Of a DNA stretch of 64,000 nucleotides, positions 43,112-52,049 are shown piece by piece. The notes under the pieces were generated by a model that was given only the letters and a program-made list of their open reading frames with translations, did not search any database and had not been told where the DNA came from. Both the position numbers and the translations under genes were made by a program. The stretch covers positions 510,526 to 574,525 of the forward strand of contig JBFLYH010000002.1 in the NCBI GenBank assembly GCA_040756875.1. The letters run 5' to 3'. The DNA comes from a candidate division FCPU426 bacterium. Lineage in GTDB: Bacteria > Oederibacteriota > JAAXVQ01 > JAUVAV01. How positions within the stretch are numbered: the first letter of the stretch is position 1; each line of letters begins with the position of its first letter.

Positions 43112-44953
43112 TCACCTCAATTCTCCAATTTCTTTAAACGCTATTCCCAATTTATTTAGCATCATCTTGCGATCGTCACTGTTTTGACTGAGCTCTTCAA
43201 GAATGATTTCCCATTGAATAGCTCCCCCTTGGCCATCGGCGTTTTTCCCAACCAAGCCCAATCGCATTTTCACTCCTGCCGGCACTTTAACCAACGACAC
43301 CCGAGAAGGAACTTCGGGCAGCGCTAGCATATCCTTCAATTGTTCTTTGGGAAATTGCCTTGCATCAAAGTCAATCAACCAAATACTCGCTTGATTATTC
43401 GAACCGTGCACTCTCATGAATACATGATCCTGCTGCATGACAGTTTCATAAATGCTGGTCCCGCCCCAATATGGTGCTTTATAATCCATTCGCCCATAGC
43501 TATTATTCACCGTTCGCGCATATCTTCTTGTCCAGGTCCCGCTGGAAGCGAAAGTATCCCTAGCATATCGGAGGGCCACCCTGGCTTCGCCAATATTCTC
43601 CGCAATGATCTTGGTCGTTTCTTGTTCGAATTGCTTTTCGATTCCTGCCGTTAGGTTCCGCCATCCCGTGCCACTGCCCACCAGGAGCCCGAAAGCGGTC
43701 ATGATCCGCTCAAATGGCGTCAGCCGTTCGCCGGTCAGGAATTCCGTGCCGGTCAGGAATTCATACAGATCAACCGCGTCTCCTACTGCGGGAACGAATC
43801 CGACGCCGATCCGTCCGATTTTCTTCAAGGCCTCTAAAGCATCTGAAATCATCGCCTCATTACGGGTTTGCAGCTTGTCATCGTCCCAAACCGGTTGTTC
43901 TTGATGGAGAACCTCTTCCATGAAGGGCGACGCTTGCGGGCCTTCGCCATAACCGTTGATCACGCGCTTAATTTCATCTTCGGTAGCCTGGTATCTGCGG
44001 GCAATGACCGCAATGTCCTGCATGATTTGAATAAAGCGTTCACTGGAGAGGGGCTTCCCGGTTTGCTGCAAAGTGTCTAGTTCGGAATGAATGGCACGCA
44101 AATGCTCTTGGTCAGCTTGTTGTTGCTTTTTCTTTTCCTCGTCCCTTTGTTTAGGAGGTTGCTGCGGATTGGTGTTTTGGGTGTATGTCGTTAAACCCGA
44201 CATGGCTGCCCGATAGGCCTGAGGATTGTAAACGCCTTCAGTCCGGGAGTAGCCTTTTTTATTCAAATAATCGCGTAAATAGGCGGCTCTTTCGTCCAGC
44301 GCAGGATGCGTTCCCTTCAACTTACGAACATGGTAAAAGGGATCCGCATCCAGCCAGGACGACAACCGCTCAAAGAAATCCACAAAAGCATAAGGATTGT
44401 ATCCAGCCATCCGGGCTAATTCCACCCCGAAAATATCCGCTTCTTTTTCCAATTCCTTGCCCCAACCCGCCTCGGAAATTTCCTTTTGCTGTTTCAGCAA
44501 ATCCTGTTTTAACAAGTTGTCCTTCATGACCAAATCCAAACCCAACTTCAGCACTTTTCCGAAAGTGTTATCATTCCGAAATCGTCTCTCGTCATGTTTC
44601 AGAACAACATGGCCAATTTCGTGGGCAATGAGACAGGCCAGTTCAGCTTCATTGCTCAAACTGTTTAACATACCGCGGGTCAGTGTTATTTCTGACATCC
44701 AGTTGGCCATGCCTTGAACCCTGGAATCTGCTAAAAGGTTCATAGAAAGGTAGGTCTTGTTCTTTAAGTATGCTTGCAGCTTTTCCAATATTTTCGAAGC
44801 ATAGGCTTTGGCACTTTCATCCTTAAGTCGTTCGTTTGATATTTCTGCTTTGGGTTGTTGCTTGAAAACCAGACGATCAACCGTACTGCATCCCACAATG
44901 ATATTAAAGACCAGCGACCAACTGAGCCCAACCGCGAGAAAACGGCGAAGCAT
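43112..44953 (-). CDS. Lipoprotein: M48 metallopeptidase + pre-toxin TG-like domain + putative toxin domain
   Basis: Lipobox IVGC (Cys22); AHEIGH, EKEAD, THP; GFVPAVGDAVDLYEFLTGTEFLTGERLTPFER; C-terminal RVHG..W..LALP..VPAG..GGAIQW. Confidence 0.75.
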   Translation of the reverse strand: MLRRFLAVGLSWSLVFNIIVGCSTVDRLVFKQQPKAEISNERLKDESAKAYASKILEKLQAYLKNKTYLSMNLLADSRVQGMANWMSEITLTRGMLNSLSNEAELACLIAHEIGHVVLKHDERRFRNDNTFGKVLKLGLDLVMKDNLLKQDLLKQQKEISEAGWGKELEKEADIFGVELARMAGYNPYAFVDFFERLSSWLDADPFYHVRKLKGTHPALDERAAYLRDYLNKKGYSRTEGVYNPQAYRAAMSGLTTYTQNTNPQQPPKQRDEEKKKQQQADQEHLRAIHSELDTLQQTGKPLSSERFIQIMQDIAVIARRYQATEDEIKRVINGYGEGPQASPFMEEVLHQEQPVWDDDKLQTRNEAMISDALEALKKIGRIGVGFVPAVGDAVDLYEFLTGTEFLTGERLTPFERIMTAFGLLVGSGTGWRNLTAGIEKQFEQETTKIIAENIGEARVALRYARDTFASSGTWTRRYARTVNNSYGRMDYKAPYWGGTSIYETVMQQDHVFMRVHGSNNQASIWLIDFDARQFPKEQLKDMLALPEVPSRVSLVKVPAGVKMRLGLVGKNADGQGGAIQWEIILEELSQNSDDRKMMLNKLGIAFKEIGELR

Positions 44954-45049
44954 AGGAACTCCCTCTTTCGAATAAGTTAATTTGGAATTTATTATATTTT
45001 GACTGGCAAAGATATATTTTAGTGCAATTTTTCTTTTGTTATTAACTTT

Positions 45050-45454
45050 TTATCCCACGACCCGCGCCAGGAGGCGGCGGGAACGGGGGCCGTCGAATTC
45101 GCAGAAGTAGACGCCCTGCCAGGTGCCCAAAACCAATTGGCCCTGGCTGATGGGCAGGGTAAGGGTGGCGCCCACGAGGCTGGACTTGATGTGGGCGTCC
45201 GAGTTGCCTTCGCTGTGGTGAAAAGAGCCGTTCTCAGGCACGAGTTTTTCGAGGTGGGCGAGCAGGTCGCGGACCACGTCCGGGTCCGCGTTTTCGTTGA
45301 TGGTCAGGCCGGCTGTGGTGTGCTGCACGCAGGCCATAAGCAGGCCTTCGGCCACGCCGGAGTCCCTGACCGCCTGCTGCAGCCGGCTGGTCACGTCCAC
45401 CAGTTCGACGCGTTTGCGGGTCTCTACGCTGATTTCGACCAGCTTGCCGACCAT
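45050..45454 (-). CDS. yjbQ: YjbQ/UPF0047 family protein
   Basis: HTTAGLTINENADPDV, HSEGNSDAHIKSSL, GTWQGVYFCEFDGPR. Confidence 0.93.
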   Translation of the reverse strand: MVGKLVEISVETRKRVELVDVTSRLQQAVRDSGVAEGLLMACVQHTTAGLTINENADPDVVRDLLAHLEKLVPENGSFHHSEGNSDAHIKSSLVGATLTLPISQGQLVLGTWQGVYFCEFDGPRSRRLLARVVG

Positions 45455-45459
45455 GCGGA

Positions 45460-47295
45460 TTATTCCACGGTGACGCTTTTGGCGAGGTTGCGCGGCTGGT
45501 CCACGTCCGCGCCCCGCAGCACGGCCACGTGGTAGGCCAGCAGCTGCAGGGGCAGCACGGTCAGGAGCGGGCTCAAGGTTTCCGCGACCGGCGGCAGCTC
45601 GATCAGCCAGTCCGCGCTCTTCTTGAGCTCCCGGTTGCCGCGCGTGGCCAGGGCCAGCACTGAACCGCCGCGGCTCTTGACCTCGGCGATGTTGCTCATG
45701 ATTTTTTCCAGCACGGACGACTGGTTGGCAATGGCCACCACGGGCATGCGGCCGTCGATCAGGGCGATGGGGCCGTGTTTCATCTCGCCGGCCGGATAGC
45801 CTTCGGCGTGGATGTAGGAAATTTCCTTGAGCTTGAGCGCGCCTTCCAGGGCGATGGGATAATTGATGCCCCGGCCCAGGTAAAGGAAGTCCCGGCTCTT
45901 GAACAGCTTCGCGGCAATGTCCTGGATCAGGGGATCGCGCTCCAGCAGGCCCTTCATGAGCCGCGGCACCTGGCGCAACTGGTCCATGTGGCCGGCCGCC
46001 TGGCTGGCGCTTATGCTCTTGCGGCGCCGGCCCAGGTACAGGGCCAGCAGGTGCAGGGCCGTGAGCTGGGCGGTGAAGGCTTTGGTCGAGGCCACGCCGA
46101 TTTCCGGGCCGGCGTGGGTGTAGAGCGTGGTGTGCGCGTCCCGCGTCATGGTGGACCCGACCACATTGCAGATGGCCAGGGTGTGGGCTTTGCGCTGCCT
46201 GGCCTCGCGCAGGGCCGCCAGGGTGTCGGCCGTCTCGCCGGATTGGCTGATGAGCACCACCAGGCTCTGGCGGTCCACCAGGGGCGAGCGGTAGCGGAAC
46301 TCCGAGGCGAAATCCACCTCCGTGGGAATGCCGGCGAACTGCTCGATCAGGAACTTGCCCACCAGGCCCGCGTGCCAGGACGTGCCGCAGGCCACGATGA
46401 AAATGCGCCGCAGGCTTTTGACCAGCCCCTCGGGCAGCTCGGCTTCGCCCAGCACCACTTCCCCGCCCAGGCCCTCGACCCGGCCGCGCAGGGTGTCCTC
46501 GACCACCTGGGGCTGCTCGTAAATCTCCTTGAGCATGAAGTGTTTGTAGCCCTCTTTTTCGGCCTGTATCGCGTCCCAGGTGATGTGCGTGGGCTTGCGC
46601 TTGATCTCAACGCCGCGCTGGTTCAGCAGTTTCACGCCCTTGTGGGTCAGGACCGCCAGCTCCTGGTCGTGGACGTAGATGACGTCGCGCGTGTGCGGCA
46701 GCAGGGCCGGCACGTCCGAGGCCGCGAAAAACTCCTTCTTCCCCAGGCCGAGTATCAACGGGCTGCCCCGGCGGGCCACCACCAGCTTGCCCGGCTCGCG
46801 CTGGCTGACCACGGCCAGGGCGAACGTGCCCTTGACCCGGCCGACCGCGCGGCGCACTGCGGTTTCCAGGGGCGTGCGGCCCCGGTAGTACTGGTCGATC
46901 AGGTGCGCGAACACCTCGGTGTCCGTGTCCGAGAGGAAGCGGTAGCCGCGCGCCTCCAGTTCCCGGTGCAGGCTGCGGTCGTTCTCCACGATGCCGTTGT
47001 GGACCACGGCCAGGGTGCGGCTGTTGTTGGTGTGCGGATGGGCGTTCTCCTCGTTGGGGCGGCCGTGCGTGGCCCAGCGCGTATGCCCGATGCCGACCAC
47101 GGCCGGCAGCGGGGTCTGCTGCACGAGTTTGACCAGGTTGTGCAGCTTGCCTTCGCTGCGCCGCAGCTGCAGGCGCCCACGCGAAATCACGGCCAGGCCG
47201 GCGGAATCGTACCCGCGGTATTCCAGCCTCTGCAAGCCGTCAAGCAGGATGGGGACCGTGTCCCTCTCTCCGACATAGCCTACGATACCGCACAT
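45460..47295 (-). CDS. glmS: Glutamine--fructose-6-phosphate aminotransferase
   Basis: MCGIVG, GHTRWATHG, SQSGETADT, PRNLAKSVTVE. Confidence 0.99.
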   Translation of the reverse strand: MCGIVGYVGERDTVPILLDGLQRLEYRGYDSAGLAVISRGRLQLRRSEGKLHNLVKLVQQTPLPAVVGIGHTRWATHGRPNEENAHPHTNNSRTLAVVHNGIVENDRSLHRELEARGYRFLSDTDTEVFAHLIDQYYRGRTPLETAVRRAVGRVKGTFALAVVSQREPGKLVVARRGSPLILGLGKKEFFAASDVPALLPHTRDVIYVHDQELAVLTHKGVKLLNQRGVEIKRKPTHITWDAIQAEKEGYKHFMLKEIYEQPQVVEDTLRGRVEGLGGEVVLGEAELPEGLVKSLRRIFIVACGTSWHAGLVGKFLIEQFAGIPTEVDFASEFRYRSPLVDRQSLVVLISQSGETADTLAALREARQRKAHTLAICNVVGSTMTRDAHTTLYTHAGPEIGVASTKAFTAQLTALHLLALYLGRRRKSISASQAAGHMDQLRQVPRLMKGLLERDPLIQDIAAKLFKSRDFLYLGRGINYPIALEGALKLKEISYIHAEGYPAGEMKHGPIALIDGRMPVVAIANQSSVLEKIMSNIAEVKSRGGSVLALATRGNRELKKSADWLIELPPVAETLSPLLTVLPLQLLAYHVAVLRGADVDQPRNLAKSVTVE

Positions 47296-47296
47296 T

Positions 47297-48031
47297 TCAC
47301 ACCTCTTTCGGCGTTCCCTTTTTCATCGCGGCCAGCATCTCCCGGACCGCGCGGTCCAGCCCCACGAGCGCCGCCCGGGCGATTATATTATGGCCGATAT
47401 TCAGGTCCTCGACCTCGGGAATGCGCACGACGCGCCCCACGTTGGCATAGGTCAGGCCGTGGCCCGCGTTCACGCGCAGCCCCAGGCTGTGCGCCTGCAT
47501 GGCCGCGGTTGCCAGCAAGCCCAGTTCGCGGTCGACCTCCGCCGGTTGCAGGGCGTGGGCATAGGCGCCGGTGTGCAGTTCCACGAAATCCGCCTTGACC
47601 CCGGCCGCGGCCCGCACCTGCGCCGGGTCCGGCGCGATGAAAAGCGAGACCGTGATGCCCGCCAGTTTGAGGCGCTTCACGGCCGCGGCGATTTTTTCCT
47701 CGTGCCCGGCCACGTCCAGCCCGCCTTCGGTGGTGAGCTCCTCGCGCTTTTCCGGCACCAGGGTGCTTTCGTCCGGCCGCAGCCGGCAGGCAATGGCGAC
47801 CATTTCATCCGTGGCCGCCATCTCCAGGTTCAGCTTGGTCTTGACCGTTTTCCGCAACAGGTCCACGTCGCGGTCCTGGATGTGCCGCCGGTCCTCGCGC
47901 AGGTGCACGGTGACGCCTTCGGCCCCGGCCTGCTCGACGATGCCCGCCGCGGCCACGGGGTCAGGCTCGGTCTCGCGCCGCGCCTGGCGCAGGGTGGCGA
48001 TGTGGTCAATGTTTACGCACAAGTGAGCCAT
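47297..48031 (-). CDS. pdxJ: Pyridoxine 5'-phosphate synthase
   Basis: [39 protein letters not shown]. Confidence 0.97.
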   Translation of the reverse strand: MAHLCVNIDHIATLRQARRETEPDPVAAAGIVEQAGAEGVTVHLREDRRHIQDRDVDLLRKTVKTKLNLEMAATDEMVAIACRLRPDESTLVPEKREELTTEGGLDVAGHEEKIAAAVKRLKLAGITVSLFIAPDPAQVRAAAGVKADFVELHTGAYAHALQPAEVDRELGLLATAAMQAHSLGLRVNAGHGLTYANVGRVVRIPEVEDLNIGHNIIARAALVGLDRAVREMLAAMKKGTPKEV

Positions 48032-49413
48032 GTCTTGATCCTTTTGCGGCCGTCGCCGATGGCCTGTTCCACGGCATCGGCCAGGCGGTCGGCCCAGGTT
48101 TCGGCCTGGTCCGCGTTTTCGGCTTCGACCATCACGCGCGCCAGGTTTTCAGTGCCCGAGTAGCGCAGGTTGACCCGGCCGCGGTCAGCCAGGCTGCGCC
48201 GGGCCGCGTCCAGCACCGGCCGCACGGCCGGCAGGCTGGCCAGGTCCGGCCGCCGCGACACGCGGACATTGACCAGAAGCTGGGGGAAGTCCTTCCACCC
48301 GGCGGCCAGCTGCGACAGCGGCGCGCGTCCGGCCGCCAGCACGCTGAGCACTTCCAGCGCGGTCAGCAGGCCGTCGCCCGTGGGTTCGAGCCGCGGCAGC
48401 AGCAGATGGCCGGACTGTTCGCCGCCGAGGGCCCAGCGCCGGCGCGCCAGGGCCTGGGCCACAAAGCGGTCGCCCACGGCCGTGCGCTTCAGGCGGATGC
48501 CGTGCTGGCGCAGGAAATGTTCCAGCCCCAGATTGGTCATGACCGTGGCCACCACGGTCCTGCCCGGCAGCTGTCCGCTGCGGGCGTAATGCAAGGCCAG
48601 AATGCCCAGCAGGCGGTCGCCGTTGAGAATGGCGCCGGTTTCGTCCGCGAGCATGACCCGGTCGCCGTCGCCGTCGAACGCCAGGCCCGCGTGCGCGCGG
48701 TTCCGCACCACGGCCCTGGCCATGGCCTGCGGATGCAACGAGCCGCAGTCGCGATTGATGTTTAACCCGTCCGGCGCGTCGGCCAGGTACTCGGCGCGGA
48801 CACCCAGGCCGGCCAGCACCGTGGGCGCGGTCCGGCAGGTGGCGCCGTGCGCCAGGTCCGCGACCAGATGGAGTTTGCGCCAGCGCGGGGAGCGGAAACG
48901 GCGGATGAGATGGCGGGCGTAAACCGCCGCGGCCTCGCCGGCCAGGTCCACGATCGCGCCCAGGCGCACGCCGCTAGCCTCGGGCTGCGGCCTGGTGGTG
49001 GCCAGGCCTCGCTCCAGGGCGCGCTCCAGGCGTTCGGGAAATTTCCCGCCTGTGGAGGAAAAATATTTGATGCCGTTGTCTTCGGCCGGATTGTGCGAAG
49101 CGGAAATGACGATGCCCGCGTCCAGGCCGTAGTGCCGCGTGAGCAGCGAGACAGCCGGCGTGGGCATGACCCCGAAGCGAAGCACTTCGGCCCTGCCGGC
49201 GGACAGGCCGGCGGACAGCGCCGCGGCCAGCAGGGGCGAGGAGATCCGCGTGTCCCAGCCCAGGCCCACGCGCGGGCCGCGCAACTTGCTGCGGCCCAGG
49301 ACCCGGGCCGTGACTTCGCCCAGGTGCAGCACCCGGGAGGCTTCCAGCGGGCCTTCGTTGGCCAGGCCCCGGATGCCGTCCGTGCCGAACAGTTTGGGAA
49401 CCGGAGATTTCAT
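48013..49413 (-). CDS. glmM: Phosphoglucosamine mutase
   Basis: [35 protein letters not shown]. Confidence 0.95.
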   Translation of the reverse strand: MKSPVPKLFGTDGIRGLANEGPLEASRVLHLGEVTARVLGRSKLRGPRVGLGWDTRISSPLLAAALSAGLSAGRAEVLRFGVMPTPAVSLLTRHYGLDAGIVISASHNPAEDNGIKYFSSTGGKFPERLERALERGLATTRPQPEASGVRLGAIVDLAGEAAAVYARHLIRRFRSPRWRKLHLVADLAHGATCRTAPTVLAGLGVRAEYLADAPDGLNINRDCGSLHPQAMARAVVRNRAHAGLAFDGDGDRVMLADETGAILNGDRLLGILALHYARSGQLPGRTVVATVMTNLGLEHFLRQHGIRLKRTAVGDRFVAQALARRRWALGGEQSGHLLLPRLEPTGDGLLTALEVLSVLAAGRAPLSQLAAGWKDFPQLLVNVRVSRRPDLASLPAVRPVLDAARRSLADRGRVNLRYSGTENLARVMVEAENADQAETWADRLADAVEQAIGDGRKRIKTWLTCA

Positions 49414-49498
49414 GGGTTGCTCCTGGATCGCTTCGGAAAAAAGCGGTTCATATTAGCATACGCTTTAAAGCTGGAAAACAGAAAACGCCCCGCACGGC

Positions 49499-50194
49499 CT
49501 AACGCCGCAACGGGTCCTGCACGCCGGCTTCGCCGAAGCCCTTGGCGCGCAGCAGGCACGATTCGCAGCGGCCGCAGGGCCGGCTGTCAGCCCCGGGGTT
49601 ATAGCACGAGGACGTCAGGGAAAAGTCCACCTGCAGGCCGCGCCCCAGGCGCACGATATCCGCCTTGGACAGGTTGACCAGCGGCGCTTCGAGCTTGACC
49701 TGCCAGTGCTCCGACGTCCCGGCCTGGGTGGCCAGGCGGGCGAGATGCTGGAAGGCCGCCAGGTATTCGGGCCGGCAGTCCGGATAGCCGGAATAATCCA
49801 GCGCATTGGCGCCGATATACAGGGCTTCGGCCCGCAGCACTTCAGCCCAGGCCAGGCCGAGTGAAAGCAGGATGGTATTGCGGGCCGGCACGTAGGTGGC
49901 GGGCGCCGGCGCGCCGGGCTCCACGCGCTCCCGGCCGGCTGGCACCTCCTGGTCCGAGGTCAGGGCCGAGCCGCCGATGGCGCGCAGGTCCACGCGCACG
50001 ATTTTATGCTCGGCCGCGCCCTGGGCGGCCGCCTGTTTGCGCGCGCGCTCGATCTCCAGGCTGTGGCGCTGGCCGTAATCCACGGTCAGGGCATACGCCG
50101 CCAGACCGTCCCTGCGCGCCAAGGCCAGGCATACGGCCGAATCCAGGCCGCCGGACAGCAGGACCACGGCGCGGTGTTCGATGTCAGGGGTCAT
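49499..50194 (-). CDS. queC: 7-cyano-7-deazaguanine synthase
   Basis: SGGLDS, TYVPARN, YPDCRPE, CGRCESCLLR. Confidence 0.96.
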   Translation of the reverse strand: MTPDIEHRAVVLLSGGLDSAVCLALARRDGLAAYALTVDYGQRHSLEIERARKQAAAQGAAEHKIVRVDLRAIGGSALTSDQEVPAGRERVEPGAPAPATYVPARNTILLSLGLAWAEVLRAEALYIGANALDYSGYPDCRPEYLAAFQHLARLATQAGTSEHWQVKLEAPLVNLSKADIVRLGRGLQVDFSLTSSCYNPGADSRPCGRCESCLLRAKGFGEAGVQDPLRR

Positions 50195-50234
50195 GCGTGC
50201 TCCTTGCGCATGCTTTTCTGTTTGTGGCGGTCCC

Positions 50235-50316
50235 ATTATACGCCAAACTCCGGGCCGCACAAGACCGCGCTTTTCCGGGCCGCAGCCTTGACTTCGCCTG
50301 CAAGCGGGATTAGAGT
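50235..50316. promoter_or_regulatory. Divergent sigma70-type promoters of queC and pcm
   Basis: Minus strand TTGTGC-16-TATAAT (50262-50235); plus strand TTGACT-17-TAGAGT (50288-50316). Confidence 0.55.
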
Positions 50317-50344
50317 AAAGGCGACAGCAGGAGGTCGTCTGGCG

Positions 50345-51109
50345 ATGGCCCGCTCATGGAGACCTGCATTCCCGGCGTTAGGCCTGCTGATCCTCTGCCT
50401 GGGATTGGGGGCTGGCTGCATGGCCGATCATCCCGAACCCGGAACCCATACCGCGGACCCTTGGCAAGCCAGCCGGGAACAGATGGTCAAACACCAGATC
50501 GAAGCCCGCGGCGTCCGCAACCGCGAAGTGCTGCAGGCCCTGCGAATGGTCCCCCGCCATGCCTTTGTCCCGGCTGCCGAGCAAACCTACGCCTACCACG
50601 ACTCCGCCCTGCCCATTGGCCACGGCCAGACCATTTCCCAACCTTACATCGTGGGGGTCATGACCGAGCTCCTGGAGCCGCGTTCCGGCCAAAAGATCCT
50701 CGAAATCGGAACCGGGTCAGGCTATCAAGCCGCGGTGCTGGCCCAAACCGGCGCCTTGGTCTACACCATCGAAATCGTGGAGCCCCTGGCCCGCGAGGCG
50801 CAGGCCACCTTGGCCGGCCTGGGTTACGCAGGCCGCGTGCACGTGCGGGCAGGCGACGGGTTTGCGGGCTGGCCCGAGGCCGCGCCCTTTGACAGCATCA
50901 TCGTCACCTGCGCGGTCTCCCAAGTCCCCCAGCCGCTTCTGGACCAGCTCAAACCCGGCGGCTGCCTGGTGCTGCCCCTGGGCGAAACCCTGGATTATCA
51001 GACCCTGACCAGAATCACCAAGAACGCCCAGGGCGAACTCACCTATCAAAACGTGCTGGGCGTGGTCTTCGTGCCCATGACCGGCCCGCACGGGTTCAAC
51101 CGGCCTTAA
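50345..51109 (+). CDS. pcm: Protein-L-isoaspartate O-methyltransferase with lipoprotein-like N-terminus
   Basis: VPRHAFV, GQTISQPYIV, LEIGTGSGYQAAVL, APFDSII; AGGAGG RBS before the ATG. Confidence 0.93.
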   Translation: MARSWRPAFPALGLLILCLGLGAGCMADHPEPGTHTADPWQASREQMVKHQIEARGVRNREVLQALRMVPRHAFVPAAEQTYAYHDSALPIGHGQTISQPYIVGVMTELLEPRSGQKILEIGTGSGYQAAVLAQTGALVYTIEIVEPLAREAQATLAGLGYAGRVHVRAGDGFAGWPEAAPFDSIIVTCAVSQVPQPLLDQLKPGGCLVLPLGETLDYQTLTRITKNAQGELTYQNVLGVVFVPMTGPHGFNRP

Positions 51110-52044
51110 CCCTCCAGGCGCTTACCCTGCCAGGTGTCCTCTGCCTCCATTTTCGCCTGTATGTCCGCCAGCACCCCGCTTTTATCCAGCAGCCACTGCG
51201 GCGCTACCAGCTTGTCCGCCGGGCAGTCCGCGGTCAGACGCTGGATCACCACCTCGGGCCTGAGCCGTTCCAAAAAACTGACCACGCGTTCGACGTACGC
51301 CTCCCGGCCCAAGGGCTCGAAGCGCCGGCTGTGAAACAGGCCGGCCAAAGCCGTGCCCGCGACCGCATAGAGCGGATGCAGCTTGACGCCTTCGAGCCGC
51401 CAGCGGCTGATGGCCAGAGCTGTCTCCGCTTCGCTCTCCCCGGTCTCGCCCGGTATGCCCAGAATGACGTGCGCGCAGATTTTCATCTGCGGCCACTGCC
51501 GGGTCAGTTCCACGGCGCGCTTGAACGCGGCGCTGTCGTGTCCGCGGTTGAGCCAGGCCAGCGAGGCGTCGTGGCTGCTCTGCAGCCCGTATTCCATCCA
51601 CACTTCATACTCCGGCAGGAACTCCGCGATCGCGGCCAGCACCGCTTCGTCCACGCAATCCGGCCGCGTGCCAATGGCCAGGGACTTGATCTCCGGGAAG
51701 GCGCGGATGGTGCCGTACACGCCGCGCAGGACCGCGGGCGGCGCATAGGTGTTAGTGTAGGATTGGAAGTAAGCCATAAAGCGGAGGATACCCTGGCGTT
51801 TGCCCTGCTCGACGCCCTGCCGCAGTTGCTCCGCCATTGGCGGCGCTTCAGGACCCTGGCGCTGGACGCCTGTCCCGCCTGCAAACGCCGACGGCTCGCA
51901 AAAAATGCAGCCCTGGGAAGACAATGAACCGTCGCGGTTCGGGCAGGTGAAGCCCGCGTGCACGGGCAGCTTGCGCACCGGCCCGCCGAAGCGCTCGCGC
52001 AGGTAGGCGGAAAACGCGCGCCAGCGGGATCGGGCTTCGGGCAT
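51106..52044 (-). CDS. TIGR01212/YhcC-family radical SAM protein
   Basis: AGFTCPNRDG...GCIFC, YFQSYTNTY, GTRPDC, IQRLTAD. Confidence 0.9.
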   Translation of the reverse strand: MPEARSRWRAFSAYLRERFGGPVRKLPVHAGFTCPNRDGSLSSQGCIFCEPSAFAGGTGVQRQGPEAPPMAEQLRQGVEQGKRQGILRFMAYFQSYTNTYAPPAVLRGVYGTIRAFPEIKSLAIGTRPDCVDEAVLAAIAEFLPEYEVWMEYGLQSSHDASLAWLNRGHDSAAFKRAVELTRQWPQMKICAHVILGIPGETGESEAETALAISRWRLEGVKLHPLYAVAGTALAGLFHSRRFEPLGREAYVERVVSFLERLRPEVVIQRLTADCPADKLVAPQWLLDKSGVLADIQAKMEAEDTWQGKRLEG

Positions 52045-52049
52045 GGGCG

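Noticed and set aside
42168-44971. Imperfect repeat ACTCCC(TC)TTTCGA upstream of the OMP gene and the toxin gene as possible cassette boundaries
   Set aside because: Short, gapped and overlapping Shine-Dalgarno sequences, so chance similarity is likely; no exact flanking repeat found for this island
47290-47300. glmS ribozyme
   Set aside because: glmS starts 1 nt after the pdxJ stop; no room for a leader
50194-50240. preQ1 riboswitch before queC
   Set aside because: Leader is very short and lacks a recognisable preQ1 aptamer
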